Of a stretch of DNA of 25,591 nucleotides, positions 1 through 13,200 are shown piece after piece (within the stretch, counting starts at the first letter, position 1; the number at the start of each line of letters is the position of its first letter). The DNA lies in NCBI GenBank assembly GCA_000934665.2, contig JYFJ02000421.1:124001-149591 (forward strand). The letters run 5' to 3'. The DNA comes from Catajapyx aquilonaris. Taxonomy: Eukaryota. The notes beneath the pieces were generated by a model that worked only from the letters and a program-made list of their open reading frames with translations, ran no database searches and had not been told where the DNA came from. Made by a program: the position numbers and the translations under genes.

Positions 1-595
1 TCTTACTGACTGAAGCGTGGTGATTGACTACACATACCTTGCCGTACATGCCTACTTGCTGTTTAAATATATGTCCAACCGAATGAGGGCGAAATGTACT
101 GATTTTCCTTTAATGCATTACTCTCCTCTTGGACTTGTATGGCCATAAATACTGTTTCCGGTAAAATATGTGCGGCGTGGCCTTGGAAGAACTGATTACA
201 ACAGAAAAATAATTCTTTCTCACCTGAATTATACGGTATAAACGAGTGTAAGAAATTGAAGTGTCAAGAGAAAAAAAATATACGAAAGTTACGACTTCCT
301 TGCTTAACTCCTTATGTCTTGATGTAGGAATGTAGAAATTAAGTGATTTCCCTTAGCCGATGTTACAACACCAGCAATAGCGAGACTGGTAATTACGGAA
401 TTGCAGGTGCAAGTAAAAAATTATCCTTCCGGCTAGTACTTAATTCCCCGCACTCAATCCTCTGCAGAGATGTGTTTGTTTAGAGTACAGAAAATCTATA
501 CGAATGTCTAAATGAAATACTGCAGAGAGACCTGAGTGACTATATATACTGTATACCGGTATGCATATTAATACAATTATAACAGCCTATATATA

Positions 596-782
596 TAGTT
601 TACCCCGTGATGACCTTTACGGGTGCTATAGGGGGGTGGCATACCACCATCAGTTTTCTGTATATATATTTTCTGCTTCATTCACCGGTGCAAGGAAACA
701 GGGACAATGGGAAAGGATAGGGATTTTTGGGGGAGGGAACATGGGTGCAAGGTGCAATGTCGTATAGCTATGGGTCATGTGC
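596..782 (-). mobile_element. 5'-truncated non-LTR retroposon (LINE 3' UTR or SINE tail) with 18-bp TSD
   Basis: Exact direct repeat TATAACAGCCTATATATA at 578-595 and 783-800. On the minus strand the insert ends CCCCCTATAGCACCCGTAAAGGTCATCACGGGGTA (601-635), the same terminal motif as the V-SINE (21903-21936) and the insert at 20831-20864. Confidence 0.75.
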
Positions 783-1579
783 TATAACAGCCTATATATA
801 ACACGACTTCTAATCAAGGGGAGAAAAAATTTTATTACCAAATTGTGAATGACAATATTGATATTGTTGCGGACATTCAATTTGTTCCGTCATATATGGA
901 AAAAAAATAACATTTTACATACATTGCTGGTGAGACTCGTTTAAATCAACTGAATTAAAATCATGTTCGGTGGACTATAGCCTGCATCCAACATACCAAC
1001 AATATAAAAGTAATTTCAGACCTTTCCGCGAATTCTGTTGTTATTAACTTGCAAGACCATGAAAGCCTGTCTTGTATACCTCATCCCTTACCAAATAGCA
1101 GTCCACATATTTGTACAGTTCACACGATATGTTGCGTCCCATACAAAATAATATTCCTTCTATTGATCTACTTCCCAAGATTGGTTCTGGACATGCTTCA
1201 ATTTGTACGAAGAATGACGCGCTGGACAAACTGAATTTGCAGACTCATTGTAATAGCAATCAAATTTTAGAGTAACTTTTAAATTGTCTATAACATAACT
1301 CATTGATTTGTGTTGGAAAACTGCAACCCAACCTCTTCACGCATATCCGATGATTTTTACAACTTATAAGTATATGTGTTGTTTAGTTAATTAATTAAAA
1401 TCAACTTCCGTATGCTTAGACTTGAATGAGAACTAAATGACAGCATTTATCTGGCATAGACCTCTAGTGATATGCTGGATTTGAGAATACAGTTACAACC
1501 CTCTTCAACCTATAAATTACAAGTAGAATATTATCAAACACTAATGACACCTTCCAGAGACATCAAATTATAGACCACC

Positions 1580-4215
1580 CGGTATTATTATACACGTCCA
1601 CAGGAGGAATCAGCCATACGCCGGAATCAGAGCTTGTTATCGGCGCCTTGTTGCTTACCTAATCAGGGTAAAACTAGGTCTGGGAATTTCAGTTTATGTA
1701 ATTTGGGATGGCCAGACGTTTCACATGCAGGGTAATTTCATTCTTCGGGGAGCTGGCAGTGGGCCCGAAATATTGGCCGGGGTTTGGAAATATGAGGGAA
1801 CTGCATCAGGAACCCTCCCATTTGAATTCCACTCAACTCACATGAGGTCAGAAATCTGCATCTCTCTCACCCAAAAATTAACTAGACCTCCCTTTTTCAG
1901 GCCATCATCCAAATCCCCTCGCGTACCTATCTGCTTGCATATTTCCCCCATCCTAAGTTCCCCTCCAGTTAAGAGACGAGCATCCAGCTCATTTGTTCCA
2001 ATTTTAATAACTTTGATCCCATTTTGGAAGGGCCCAGGTTCTAGTTGAACCAGATCAGCAAACACACCCCCCACTTGGTCCCCCCCCCCCCCTTCTCTTG
2101 CACCCCCAAATAACTGAATAGCGAAATGGAGGAGTGGGGACCCCAACGTCCATCTGATGATCACTATAATTTCACCATTTTGATCATAGTATGGAGGATC
2201 ACGATTTGGGTGGATGTGTGCAAGGGGGCAAGTACAATGACAGGGTACCGTTTCAGATAGTTATAGTGTACAAGTTTTATACGTTTATACTATACAGTAC
2301 ACAGTGGGGAAGCTGGTGGCAGGAGGGGCTTTGGGTCGGCTTTGGAAGCCCGATTCGGTTGGCCCATTCTAACTCAATAAAAGGAAGATAGCAATATGGG
2401 AGGGGAAGCGCCTTGGCAAGCAAATCACCCGGGGAAAAGGCCGGATTTGATCCATGGCGAATGGGATTTGCCCCATCCGGGGAGAGGGGGGCATGGGGTT
2501 GGTTGGCAAGGGCCCGGACCCACTCTGTGAGCGGCATGGGGATGGCGTCATTTGGCAGACCCCAAACCGAGCTCGCATTTCGCCAAACCTTGCAGCTATT
2601 TTTTTTCGCCGGTTCTTCTCTTCTCTATCTCTTTTTCACTCCCTCACAGCAGGGGACTTATTTTCGCGGGTATGCCAATATGTCGGTAGGGTGCGCCAGT
2701 GGATTAGGTTGGGTGAGTTTGGTGTAGGATGAGGGTTGTGACCTACCGACTTGCGGGGTCGAACCAGGTTGGGCTCGATCCTTGATGAGGGCGAAAAATA
2801 TATACCCGGGAAAAAAAAAGAAATAGAGGGGGGATAACGTATAAAACGGTGGCTGCCGATTCGTCAAAAAGAGTCATCATTTTTTCCCCGGCGAGGATAT
2901 CCGCCATGAAATATCAAGTGCCGTGTTGAAAAGCTTTTCACTTGCAATTCCATTTACAACCGCGGATTTTGACGAGCCCCCAGGAATCTCCGTGGCCAAA
3001 TAATTTGTGTCTATATACCACCCTCTCTTTTTTATACACACCCTTCCCCTTTTTCTGGGAAAAGATTACGCCGTTCTCTCCAACAAGGCGAACTGTTCTC
3101 AAGAAAACAGTCCTGCCCCATAAATATTGATTATCACCACGTGTACAAAATGGCGCTGGATGTGTTTAGGGCTTTCACTTGGCAGGGTGGATGCTTCGTG
3201 TGTCCCCCCCCCCCCCNAAAAGAAAAAAGTTTCAGCAACAATGGCCACGTTCACATCATTACAGTAGGGATGACGGAAAACAAGAAAATGTCAGCGTTCA
3301 TTAACGGAACTACCTATTTACGTGTATTTTATACCACTGTCGGAGTTAAGCTGGACATAAATAAGAAAACAACGGCAGCTGGCTAATGCACCAATGTGGG
3401 ACAGCTTTCTAAAACCTATTGTTACCGCCACAATGCGGCTCTAATTAGATGCTATAGTCAGCTCATGAATTATAGTATCCGTTTTTAAGCCATTTTGTTC
3501 GAGGAAACTCATGTTATATGTACTTTGTTCGCAGTATGTTCTGTACTCCCCATTACTCCGTTAAAAAAAACCGCCTTTTCCTGTGTCACATATGTCAACT
3601 ACAATATCAGGCTGAAACCCTGCATTTTTTGAATGAAGAAAATGACGCAAGTTTAGTGATAACAGATCCGACAGTACAAAAAAAAATGCGGTCAACCCTC
3701 AGTTTCAAAGTTCAGCGTGTGAATATTATCTTGGGTAGGTCAACCCCCGGAGTCAGTGGAAAAGCGGCTGGGGGGTTATCTGCGCAGTGTCACCTTCCTA
3801 CAAAGGCCTCTCTCATTGATTCAAACTGCGTCCGCACAAGAACCGACAGACAGCTTGTTGCCTGGCACAGAAAACTTGTTCAGAGTTGTTTTGATAAAAC
3901 GGTCGCTTATTAGTTTCTCTTTCAGTCAGGGCCTTCCGGTTGAATAATCCGACCGGAGCCGCATACCAGTCGGGAAATTAAATCGCCGTGCGTTATACGT
4001 TAGGACAAGCGCCGAACACGACACTTGTCCGGGGGTGTCCCAAGGTAGATTAATTGCACCTTGGCCCCCATGCATTGCCACAATATCCAATTTGAGAGTT
4101 CCTGGGGGCAGCCATTCTATGTACAAAAAAAAAGCGGGGAGACTTCTTTTGTGTATGTACAGGTATTAGGTGAAATACGAGATGGAACTAGGCGCCAGCT
4201 GGATATCGACATAAA
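1580..4215 (-). mobile_element. Decayed RTE-clade LINE ORF (APE endonuclease + reverse transcriptase relic), many frameshifts
   Basis: Degenerate RTE motifs occur in the expected order and spacing on the minus strand. MSISSW at 4212-4195 (cf. IxTWNV), LKLDIVAMH at 4096-4070 (cf. xxDIxALQE), LISDRFIKTTL at 3913-3881 (cf. PISDRII), NPAFSPG at 2447-2427 (cf. QAGFRPG) and IVLAPL at 2238-2221 (cf. GCVLAP). ORF 1838..2164 reads IIRWTLGSPLLHFA..IKVIKIG..GELRMGEICKQIG..DDG (cf. GIxWT..LDFADD..KTKVM..ELExVExFKYLG..DG). ACET at 1728-1717 (cf. YGCETW). Boundaries are approximate. Confidence 0.6.
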
Positions 4216-5224
4216 CAACTCAATAAACAATACTTCTTGTTCCCTACACCCCCACTGCGCAATGTGCACGAATGGCGTCGATTTCAAAAGTCCCGCGCTC
4301 AAAAACCAGGCCTTGACAGTAATGACTTTGTTTACCTCCCCCTCCCACCCTCTCCCCTACACCTCTCTTAGTTTGTTACGGCTCGATCTTATAAGCTCGG
4401 CCTCGTAAACGACGTAAATCATAGACGAAAAAGCACTTCTGGTGTATGCGCAAGACACATTAATTGGCGGGAAAATATGAGTGTAGTTGAAGGCAAAAAT
4501 GTTCGATTACGTCCTACATGATAAAGCAAATCACAAAAGGAGCCGAGCGAAGTCCATCTATAGGACACCTTTGCCGCTCACGATTCCGTCGGATCCTTTC
4601 TTGTTGTGTGTGTGTGGGGGGGGGGGGGGGGCTTCAAAATTTTGGCCCCCCTCTGGCCTAAGCAATAAATATGTCGGGTAAATTACAAGGGTACCCCGCC
4701 AGCCTGTGCCCACCAGCTACATCTGTATTTAGGCCCGAAACAATGGGATCAACCTGTGCCTCCCCTTGATATTTTATTTTTTATTCTTTACGCTCTGGTA
4801 TATTGCATTTTTTTTTATAGTGGTCCGGACAATTTACGGGTGTCTGGGAATATCGAACAACTATACATCTAGTTATTGATGCCTGCATAAATTTTGTCCA
4901 GGTTGTTGTCCCACTCCATAAAATCTCAGCCAAGATTCTTATCAACCACCAACAACATAATGGCTGGAAAAGGCCATTTTCGTGTTGCCACTCGATGCCG
5001 TTTGAACCTGGTTACCAAAGTTCCTGATGAAAATAAAAATAAGTGTGCATTTGGGGGCCGGATAGATTTATAGATCTACGTGATCCATTGATCAGTCGAT
5101 TTTAGAGTCCTATATATACCACCTGGGATCCCAATGCTATTGTATCATTTATGTCCTCTTCCTCAATAATTTCCTGCCCAATGACATGATTTATATACCT
5201 CGTAAAGGAATTATTCATTTCTGC

Positions 5225-5281
<57 letters not shown>
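5225..5281. repeat. (AAT)19 microsatellite
   Basis: Perfect AAT run; source of the poly-Asn ORF 5186..5380. Confidence 0.98.
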
Positions 5282-5282
<1 letters not shown>

Positions 5283-5639
5283 CAAACCTATGGAGACCTT
5301 CTATTGGTGTAAATATAACTCTGCCAAGGTTCTTTATTCTAAGGGTTACTTGTCCGGCCAGGTATCAGATGCACTGTTAGAGCATGGATATTTTATTGAC
5401 TATAGCTACCGCGATGCAGGTGAAGCTCAAGCAGGCATGTTAAATTGAACATCACGTCTAATTACACCCCTATAAATCTCTGGCATTAAAAAATATTTGT
5501 GCCAGACACCCCTCAATTACATAGCACGATATAAATAACTCATCCGTTTCATACACACAAAAAATGAATCCCTTGTACTCTCAGCAGCTCTGTATTGGTC
5601 TTGGCACAGCAACTAAATGGATAAACCATAAAGAAAGGG

Positions 5640-8220
5640 TCAGCCCCATCTCTTTTTGCACATGTAGAGGACTGTATAAAATATGGCGTCGATACGATAG
5701 GCATCAGGATTGCAAGAGTGTCACCGCCAAAGTAATACCATGCAATCCGGCATGAAGTGGGCAGCCGAGTGGTGCGAAAAGCATTGTTAACTAACCCCTC
5801 AGCTCGTCCCCACATGGAAAATATGGCCCGACTAAAGCTGTCAGTCGGCCACAAAAGGAGACGGACCTGTTCTGGCTACAAGCACTAATTGTCATTTTAT
5901 GGCCCCTTAAATCGTGGGCATTAAAATATTAATTTGATGTCCTCCCACAGGTGAAGATGGCAGAGGTCATTTCCAAGTAGTTGCCACCACACCTATATTT
6001 TCTAGCAATTACAGCTTTTTCCACCCCCATTGTTTATATTGTACTAGAAATATCCTACAACACATTACATGCGACTATAAGCGGCCCCATGTGTCTATAC
6101 ATAAAGTAAGCTCCCTGCACACACCCATGAATACTTTATGGGGCTTCGATTATGCCATCCCCCATAATTCGAATTGATGGCTGGAGCAATACACAAAAGG
6201 CACTATATACATTCTGCTCTCTTGGATGGTTATCAATGCATTGATTTTAATGTTCGTCCGAGTGAGAAAATCAAATCCACTCCCTAACGGATGCGGTAGT
6301 TGGCCACCACTTAATGATGCCCACTTTTGAATGCTTTCGAGGAAAGAATAAGCTGCTATTACTAGCAATAGCCGCATTTAACCAATGCTTATGGGCGGGT
6401 CATATCAGGAGGACAATTGCAATTGGAATTTGCGAATCGGGCAACAATTAGGGGTTCTGAATGGGATGGATCCGGATTAAAATTTCACCAGGAAATGGAT
6501 ATGCCGGTTCTCAATGCTAACTAGGTTCATTCAACGATGCTATTGTACCGGAGATTCTATCTTGAACTTTATATGAACGCATATTGTGGATCAGCAGAAC
6601 TGCAGGCGGTGAAAGAATGAACTTCATTATATACTGTATCATGTGATTTTTAAAAATACAAAGGTGGCCTAAAAATAGTTCCGTAATATATTTATCACAA
6701 TTTGGCGGTATTTCTTTGATGAACAAAGCACCACCAGCAGGGGCTGTTAGCATTCAACTGCTTAATGACGCCTTATCATGCCAGTTACGCGGTTCCTGAC
6801 CAGGAAAAAGTACATATCAAACAATACCCCCGACTCCCTACGTGGCTGTAATAGATGTATGCAAAAGATGAAGAGATTGCTTGAATGCGTCAACATGAGT
6901 AAACAGCCATGAATCGTCCGCACCGTTTTCACATGATGTGTTGCATACATAAGAAGCATATGTGAGACCCTCAGAAGCCGCGTGTGTATTCACCATAGTT
7001 CGGGCCCACATCATGATAAGACCAAAACCGAATATGAAGAAAAAAAAAATTACAACTGGCGGGTAGTTGCTAAGGCGAGAATAGTGAAGAAAGTTGATTG
7101 CACCCAACAAACTGATGGATCGAATCAGGAAAAAAATAGAAGAAAAAAAGATGAGGAAGAGCGATAATCGGCACGGGTTCCGAGTTCGAGGGAGCATCCC
7201 ATATGGTGATGCACTGCCGATAACCAGCTAGCAGATCCAAAGCAAAACCCGCATTATGTTGTCTAACTGGCCTAAGGAACAGAGATAATTAGCACACCGG
7301 CACATCCATGCCTTCTTTCTTTTTAAAAAAATATATATAAAAAAATAAAAATAAGCAGCTGTAAGATTCCTACGCTTCTGACAACGAGGGCTCCTCCCAA
7401 ACTCACCAGGTTTTTGTGTTCCCCCAACAGACCCCTATCCATTTGGCTAGCTAACCTGTGATTTTTGGGGGCGAAAAGGTTTTTCTTCCCCGAAGCTGTG
7501 GAGGTGGCAGGAAGGCTGTTCAATCACACCCTCACCTTATACACTCCGGATCCACACACGCCATTCTGCCAGCCCCATCATTACCTCCAACTGGACTGCT
7601 TGCCTGCCTGCTTCGATGAATGGAAGGATAGATAGATGGACGTCTGTCTGTCTGTAGGTTGCCGGCTTTGCTTCTTACCTGCAGCTGGATTACCACGCTC
7701 CTGCTCGGCCTCTTGTAAGTACTGCCTGTTTTGCACTTCCCAGCAGAACGATTTTTCTAACGATTATAACTTGTTGTTGATTACTTGCTCCATAATGTAA
7801 CGTAATTAGGGAGGAATTTGGTGCTCATCAATGTCTGGATCGGGTATTTAGCATGGTTGGATTATTTTCTGGGAGAGGAGTTGGCAGGCCCAATTTATTT
7901 AATATGCTTTAAATGTTGCGTACAGATCACGCAGGTAGGGATGCCAATTTTTTTTGCAGTTGTATGTTTCTTCCTAACTGAACCTTTAGTCACAATAATT
8001 ACATCAAAGCCTGGAGTGTAGGGGTGTTGGAAAAAAACATGCACAAAAGTCGCTATCATATATTAAGGTTGTTGCATTGTGAATGTGCCATGATGTTTCA
8101 CAGCAGGATCATCTGTTCTTTGTTGGACATACGAGTCTACAGCATCCTTATACCGGTATCAGTCTGGACGTATTTATTGCAAACGTAATATCTCAAATCC
8201 AAATTAATTGGCATTCAAAA
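5640..8220 (+). mobile_element. Decayed RTE-clade LINE ORF (APE endonuclease + reverse transcriptase relic), many frameshifts
   Basis: Ordered degenerate motifs on the plus strand: KYGVDTIGI 5679-5705, GHHLMM 6302-6319 (cf. SDHHLVM), QLEFANR 6420-6440 (cf. FQLELxNRF) and NWRVV..IVKKV from 7054 (cf. NWRGITLLS..GKV). These are followed by MDRIRKKIEE..SDNRHGFR 7115-7183 (cf. RIxxxVDxxLRxEQAGFR), APPKLTR about 7390 (cf. YGIPPKL), QEGCSITP 7508-7531 (cf. RQGCxLSP), INVWIG 7827 (cf. INARIG) and QQDHLFFVGH 8101-8130 (cf. RRLRWFGH). No intact Y/FADD is seen. Boundaries are approximate. Confidence 0.7.
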
Positions 8221-9235
8221 ATAACAATATCAGCATATTTATTTCTGCGCGTCACATTATATCAAACATTACTAATTTGTGAGTCATGCAGATAAATAAT
8301 TATGAGAAAAATTCATTAGGCACTCTAGACATTTTTGCTCCCCAAAACGAGCTGTATCTTCCAGGCTTTTTCATGCAGGCCTAAAGCGGAAATCCCTCAC
8401 AACTTTCTGACCTGCATGGGGCTTCGTTAGTGTAAGTTTATAGTCAGCACAAAATAATTAACCTTGAAAACATAATTTGTGGCTTGGATTCACATGCGTA
8501 TCCTAAAGTTATAGCCCTATAAGATTCTCGTTACACTCCACCAGAAATATTAATATTTAAGGGAAATATCTATTGCCTGAGCGTCAGTCTTTCGCATCTT
8601 AAATTCCTCCTTTTTACTAACCACAACATGTAAGGGTTTTATCAATTATGGCGCCATTTTTGTGTCTTTTATTAAGCACTAAAATTAGCATCTGGAACAC
8701 GAAGCATGCTCATTGTATCCAGCATTGGCATCTGAGGTCAGGAAATGAACCCATTTTTGGCAGAGACTCCTCCCCCCTGAATATTGGTTAAAAGGATGGA
8801 TTGATTTTTTATAATATTACAATATGATATTTTTATAGTCCCTAAAACTGTCTGAAAGTAACTGCTTAATAATAATAATTTATAGTCCAAAAGTGCTAAC
8901 TGAAAAGGGCAGTGAGAATACTGTATAGGCCTATAGCAGAGGCCTATAGTGTTATACTTTGCCATGCTGCAAATATTTCTTGGTAATTTGACGTAGTCCG
9001 TGACCCACTCTGAGATTAAAATATAGTCGCTTCAAATTTTTTAGAGGATAAGTTAAAGATTAAAATAGGCCAAGACTCTGTTTATCAATATTGCCATTTT
9101 TGGTGTTCATTTCATGCAACAGTAATAAAATTCTTCCATGCTATGAAATATAAAATTTCACCAATAAGTGACACTGTATTACTGGTGATTCTCTTTCATG
9201 TACACACAATAGCATGATAACAACACATAAACATT

Positions 9236-9239
<4 letters not shown>

Positions 9240-9285
<46 letters not shown>

Positions 9286-9599
9286 TGTGGGGGTAGTGCT
9301 TCACCTTTCGGCGTTCGGCACGGACCTTTATCGTACATAGTGTACAAGTTGGAGCCATTGAGAAGCGCCCGGGCCCACGGGCAGGATGACAGTATGTGCA
9401 AGTGCAGTGCATCTGACGTGGTGGCCATTTTTAGTGAACTCCCCCGGGTGGTTTAGTCTGTGGAAATACCACCCGAGACGAAGCCAGAGGTGACCCTGAA
9501 CTCTGCACGAGATGAAGGGGGTGTCCCCGGGTTGGGATCGAACCCGGGACCTTAACATCCGTGGGCGCATACGTTACCGCAGCACCACTCCGCCTCCCC
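9240..9599 (-). mobile_element. tRNA-derived SINE, family A copy 1, full length, (TTA)n tail
   Basis: Minus-strand head GGGGAGGCGGAGTGGTGCTGCGG...GGGTTCGATCCC (Pol III A and B boxes), (TTA)n tail at 9240-9285, and 12-bp TSD TAAACATTTATA at 9228-9239 and 9600-9611. Homologous to 23019-23358. Confidence 0.92.
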
Positions 9600-10177
9600 T
9601 AAACATTTATAGGCCCTATACATATATATACTCGTATCGTAGCATGTCATTACGTAAAACATTGAATGAGTTTCAAACTATAACTGACATAATTATGTGT
9701 AAACAATTGAGACCTTGAGCTATACAAACATCAACAGTATACTACTGCATTGAGTTAAGTCGCGATAATGATTTACACGGCAGGTCGATGCACTCAAAGT
9801 TACAAACCTATTGATGAACATGACTAATTGCTGTCCACAATACATATTCTAATTTGTGCTGATGCCTTAGATGCCTATATATACCCATTTGTCTGTGGCA
9901 TATTACATGCAACCCAAAAACATACGGTACCTGAATTTTATTTTTAAATTTTCTAGCACAATACAACCATTCCGGACTACACGGGTGCCATATGATTGTG
10001 GTGTCAGACCAACATTTTATAATAGGCCTATAGACAGATTACAGTGTCTGAATTCCCAGGCCCGAAGATGTTTCAAACCTGTTTCAAAGTGCATGTGGGC
10101 CCTAGATTTTAATTTTCTTTCCGACCCTCCGAAAAATCTTTTAGGAGGGAAACTTCTTTCAATCTTACAAATTAACT

Positions 10178-10225
10178 TAGATACGTTTGGAGGGGATGAC
10201 TATAGATGCGTTTGGAGGGGATGAC
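10178..10225. repeat. 25-bp tandem duplication (about 2 copies)
   Basis: TAGATACGTTTGGAGGGGATGACTA followed by TAGATGCGTTTGGAGGGGATGAC, one mismatch. Confidence 0.9.
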
Positions 10226-13200
10226 CCGAAATACAGGCTGTGGAGAAGATGGGGAAGAGGGCGATTTCAAACCCCTCCCAAAAATAAATTCTTGGTTTCG
10301 GCCCTCGCCCCAGGGACCGATTTTCGTGCATGAGGTAAAATGTGTACACTAATTTCACCAAGCACCTAGTGGGCTACAAAAAATCCAATAATCACTACTT
10401 AGCAAGTAGCTTCTAGTAATTTTACATTGTATACAAAAAAATATGTGTTCTATTTAGCAATCCTGTCAGCAAGCTTGTAGGCCTAAAACATCGTGCGGAA
10501 AATCGTGTAGGGGACGCTTGACGTGAGAAACACAAAGCCAATGGTATACCAAAATGCGCTCGTCTTATAACAATATTATGTTAGAAAGTTTCTGAGAGCG
10601 GTTTTCAACAGGGCATTTTAGTCCCATATCTGTATGCAGCTTAGACGAAACATACGCCAAAATATATTTCAGTAAATCATGTGACACATCCCAAAACTTG
10701 TGTCTCTTGTTAATAATACAGGTCACTGCAATGCAACACTCCGGAAAATCAACTCCTATAGGTCCAGCCTGGGGATGATTGTTAACCAAGCCAGCCGACC
10801 TCCTGTCCCAGAGAAGAAAATTCTGGCTGAGTCCTTTTTTTAAAAAAAAGTCTGGTCTATATACACGAAGGAAAAACTCATTTGCAAATTCCACTAGCTT
10901 CCAAATATACAGCCCAACATTTTTGCCTCATATTTTTAGTGCTACATGACACTTTGCAAATGTCGCATTTGTGCTCCATGTAATGCTGCGTATATTGGAG
11001 GCAGCAATTCTGCCGCATATAGGTATAGTTGTTAGGGGGTAGGGTTTGGATGGAGAGGGATGAGGGACACAAAAAGCTGAAAAAAACGACCAAAAAATAT
11101 GCCGCAGGGCAATGAAGAGTGTTTGATGTATCGTGTATCTCCTCGCTCCCATTTTTCCCGTGATGGATGCCCCTCCACAAGTGCAAAGCTTTTGTGGATG
11201 ACAAAGTCCGCTGACGCTAATAAATCTATCATCTTATGAAATATGGACAACGGGCATATTGGAATTCCCCGGCTGCAAAAGCTACTGCTGTTTGTGTGTG
11301 CCAGAGAATTGGACCTTTTTTTTTGCGTATATACACGCCCCGGTCCACATTCGACCGGCGCGGCGCGGCGCGTAGATTATATGACTTGCATATAATTTTT
11401 GTACGTGGCGACACGTTTGTGCTCGTTGTATATGAATAGGTCATGTCACGCCTAAAAAGTGTCATCTAAACTAACCCCACATGTGATGCTGTATACGCCC
11501 ATATACAGAAATAATATCAGTTAACCAATTATTATTTACGATATATTACCACCGCCAGATACAGTGCTAAAATGTGATTATAAGTTATAGTGAGCGTGTG
11601 GCAATGCTCTAGTACCGTAAAAATCAATTCATTGCGCAGTCAACAATTAATTCACCATCGCAAAACCCGGTGTTCCACGTGACAATAATAAATGGTAGCT
11701 TTTACAGAGTATATGCAGGTCGCCAGGTTTATTCATTAGCTAATGGGGCTGGGATTTCAATTTGGGAGAGCCAATGCGTTAACAAGGCGCGGCGGGTTAA
11801 AATTAATTCGCTGCTATGTATTCAAGTTAAATATTTATTGCGTCCATTGAAAAAAATGCAAAACATGCTCATTTTCGAGTATGAAATATTGACGTATCGA
11901 GATGGGGTATTAACGCGTTAGCTTACTTTATAGGGGTGACAAAATGTATAGTGGCCCACCATAAATATAATCATTTTTATAAGCATGGAAAGATTGTTCT
12001 ATTGTATGATAACATATTTTTAGAGCATAAAAATTTCTGCTACACCATCGATTCAGATGGGGGAGAAATAATTATGGATTTCCAGCATCTGCTTTAAACA
12101 GAAACAAGTGAAAAAGTGGCCATAACTATTGCTTCCAAAGGATTCTTGTCTTATGGTGGCTAGTATAAACAATTCATAACTTCTCCCCCCCGGAGCTGAG
12201 TAGTTAAAATAAATTATGGCCTACCCAAGGAAGAGCTTGTTTTAATCAGTTCAAAACTGTGTGGGTCTCCTCTGTTCTACTATCTGTAATAAAATGATTT
12301 TATGCTAAATATAAAAGCCACCCCGACCACTTGAAATCATCAGATGCCCCCCCCCCCTCCATACTTTATGATGACGTCATATGTGAAACATGCCTGGGTT
12401 GCTTCTGTACAAAAAATGATAATTATAAACACCTCACATGGACTGCTTCTGAGAGAACAATGGCTGACAAAGAAACAACCGGTTTCTTCTAGGCTGAGAA
12501 ATTACGATAACACGGATCCGTATATAAGATTGGCTCCAGCCCACAAGGGGTAAAGTAAATAAATAAAAATAACTAAAATAAAAAGTACATAAGATTGGCT
12601 AGAACTCTTTACTCAGATTTGAGTATTTTTGTAGCATGATGTGACATTCAATTTTTATTAGTTAACCGTTTCCTATAAGCGGAAGACCATGTCCGATTTA
12701 TAAGTAAACATTAAATATGACAATAAAATAAGCTTAGAGAACAAAAAAAAAATCATAAGGACACCTTTTAATTCTGTCCATTTCCAAAAATACTGTATTA
12801 TGATGCAAATGCCACATAATTTCACTCATCAGGTATAGTTATTGTGTAGCAGTTACATTTGACAAGACGCTTATTGTCGGGACTGCTGACAGTGTTTGGT
12901 GTAGCATCAAACCTGACAAGCATTTGAAGGGTGTTCATCATGTCACAAAAGTATATAAAAAGGGCGCGTGTGACTACATTGCATTTTATACGAATGTTTG
13001 AGGTTTAAGCAAGCATACTTAAGGGATAGGTAAATAATAAATTGTTAAAAGCATTCATAACACTGGAATTACTTGTCTCAGCACGCACGGCATTGGTCTT
13101 CCGCCGTATGTTAATAACGAAATTATGGCCTTTGACCTATTTCAACTACTACCGATATCAAACCCCAAACGCTCCAAACTGGCAGTTGCTTGCTTGAAAC

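Noticed and set aside
1838..2164. IKIGTNEL read as an SGNH esterase GxND block (LINE or DIRS accessory domain)
   Set aside because: No upstream GDS/GHS or downstream DxxH motif. The whole ORF fits the RTE RT C-terminal region better and is colinear with other RTE motifs.
2520..2640. Basic stretch on the minus strand (EKNRRKKIAAR / EKRRT) resembling a bZIP or bHLH basic region
   Set aside because: No zipper or helix-loop-helix follows. It is purine-rich low-complexity sequence inside the RTE relic.
2780..2800. TTGATGAGGGCGAAA and several CTGATGA words as hammerhead ribozyme cores
   Set aside because: No supporting stems I-III around any of them.
9141..9456. Poly-L, poly-Y and poly-N ORFs (also 5186..5380)
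   Set aside because: Translations of (AAT)n microsatellites or SINE tails.
9520..9599. tRNA-like sequences (also 21698-21770 and 23024-23095) as tRNA genes
   Set aside because: They have A and B boxes but no complete cloverleaf, and they continue into SINE bodies with tails and TSDs.
10878..11204. HKCDICK in a minus-strand ORF as a C2H2 zinc finger
   Set aside because: The two His ligands are absent, there is no second finger and no clear splice context.
12679..13104. 11-bp inverted match GCGGAAGACCA / TGGTCTTCCGC about 400 bp apart
   Set aside because: Too short, with no TSD or extended arms; cannot be separated from chance.
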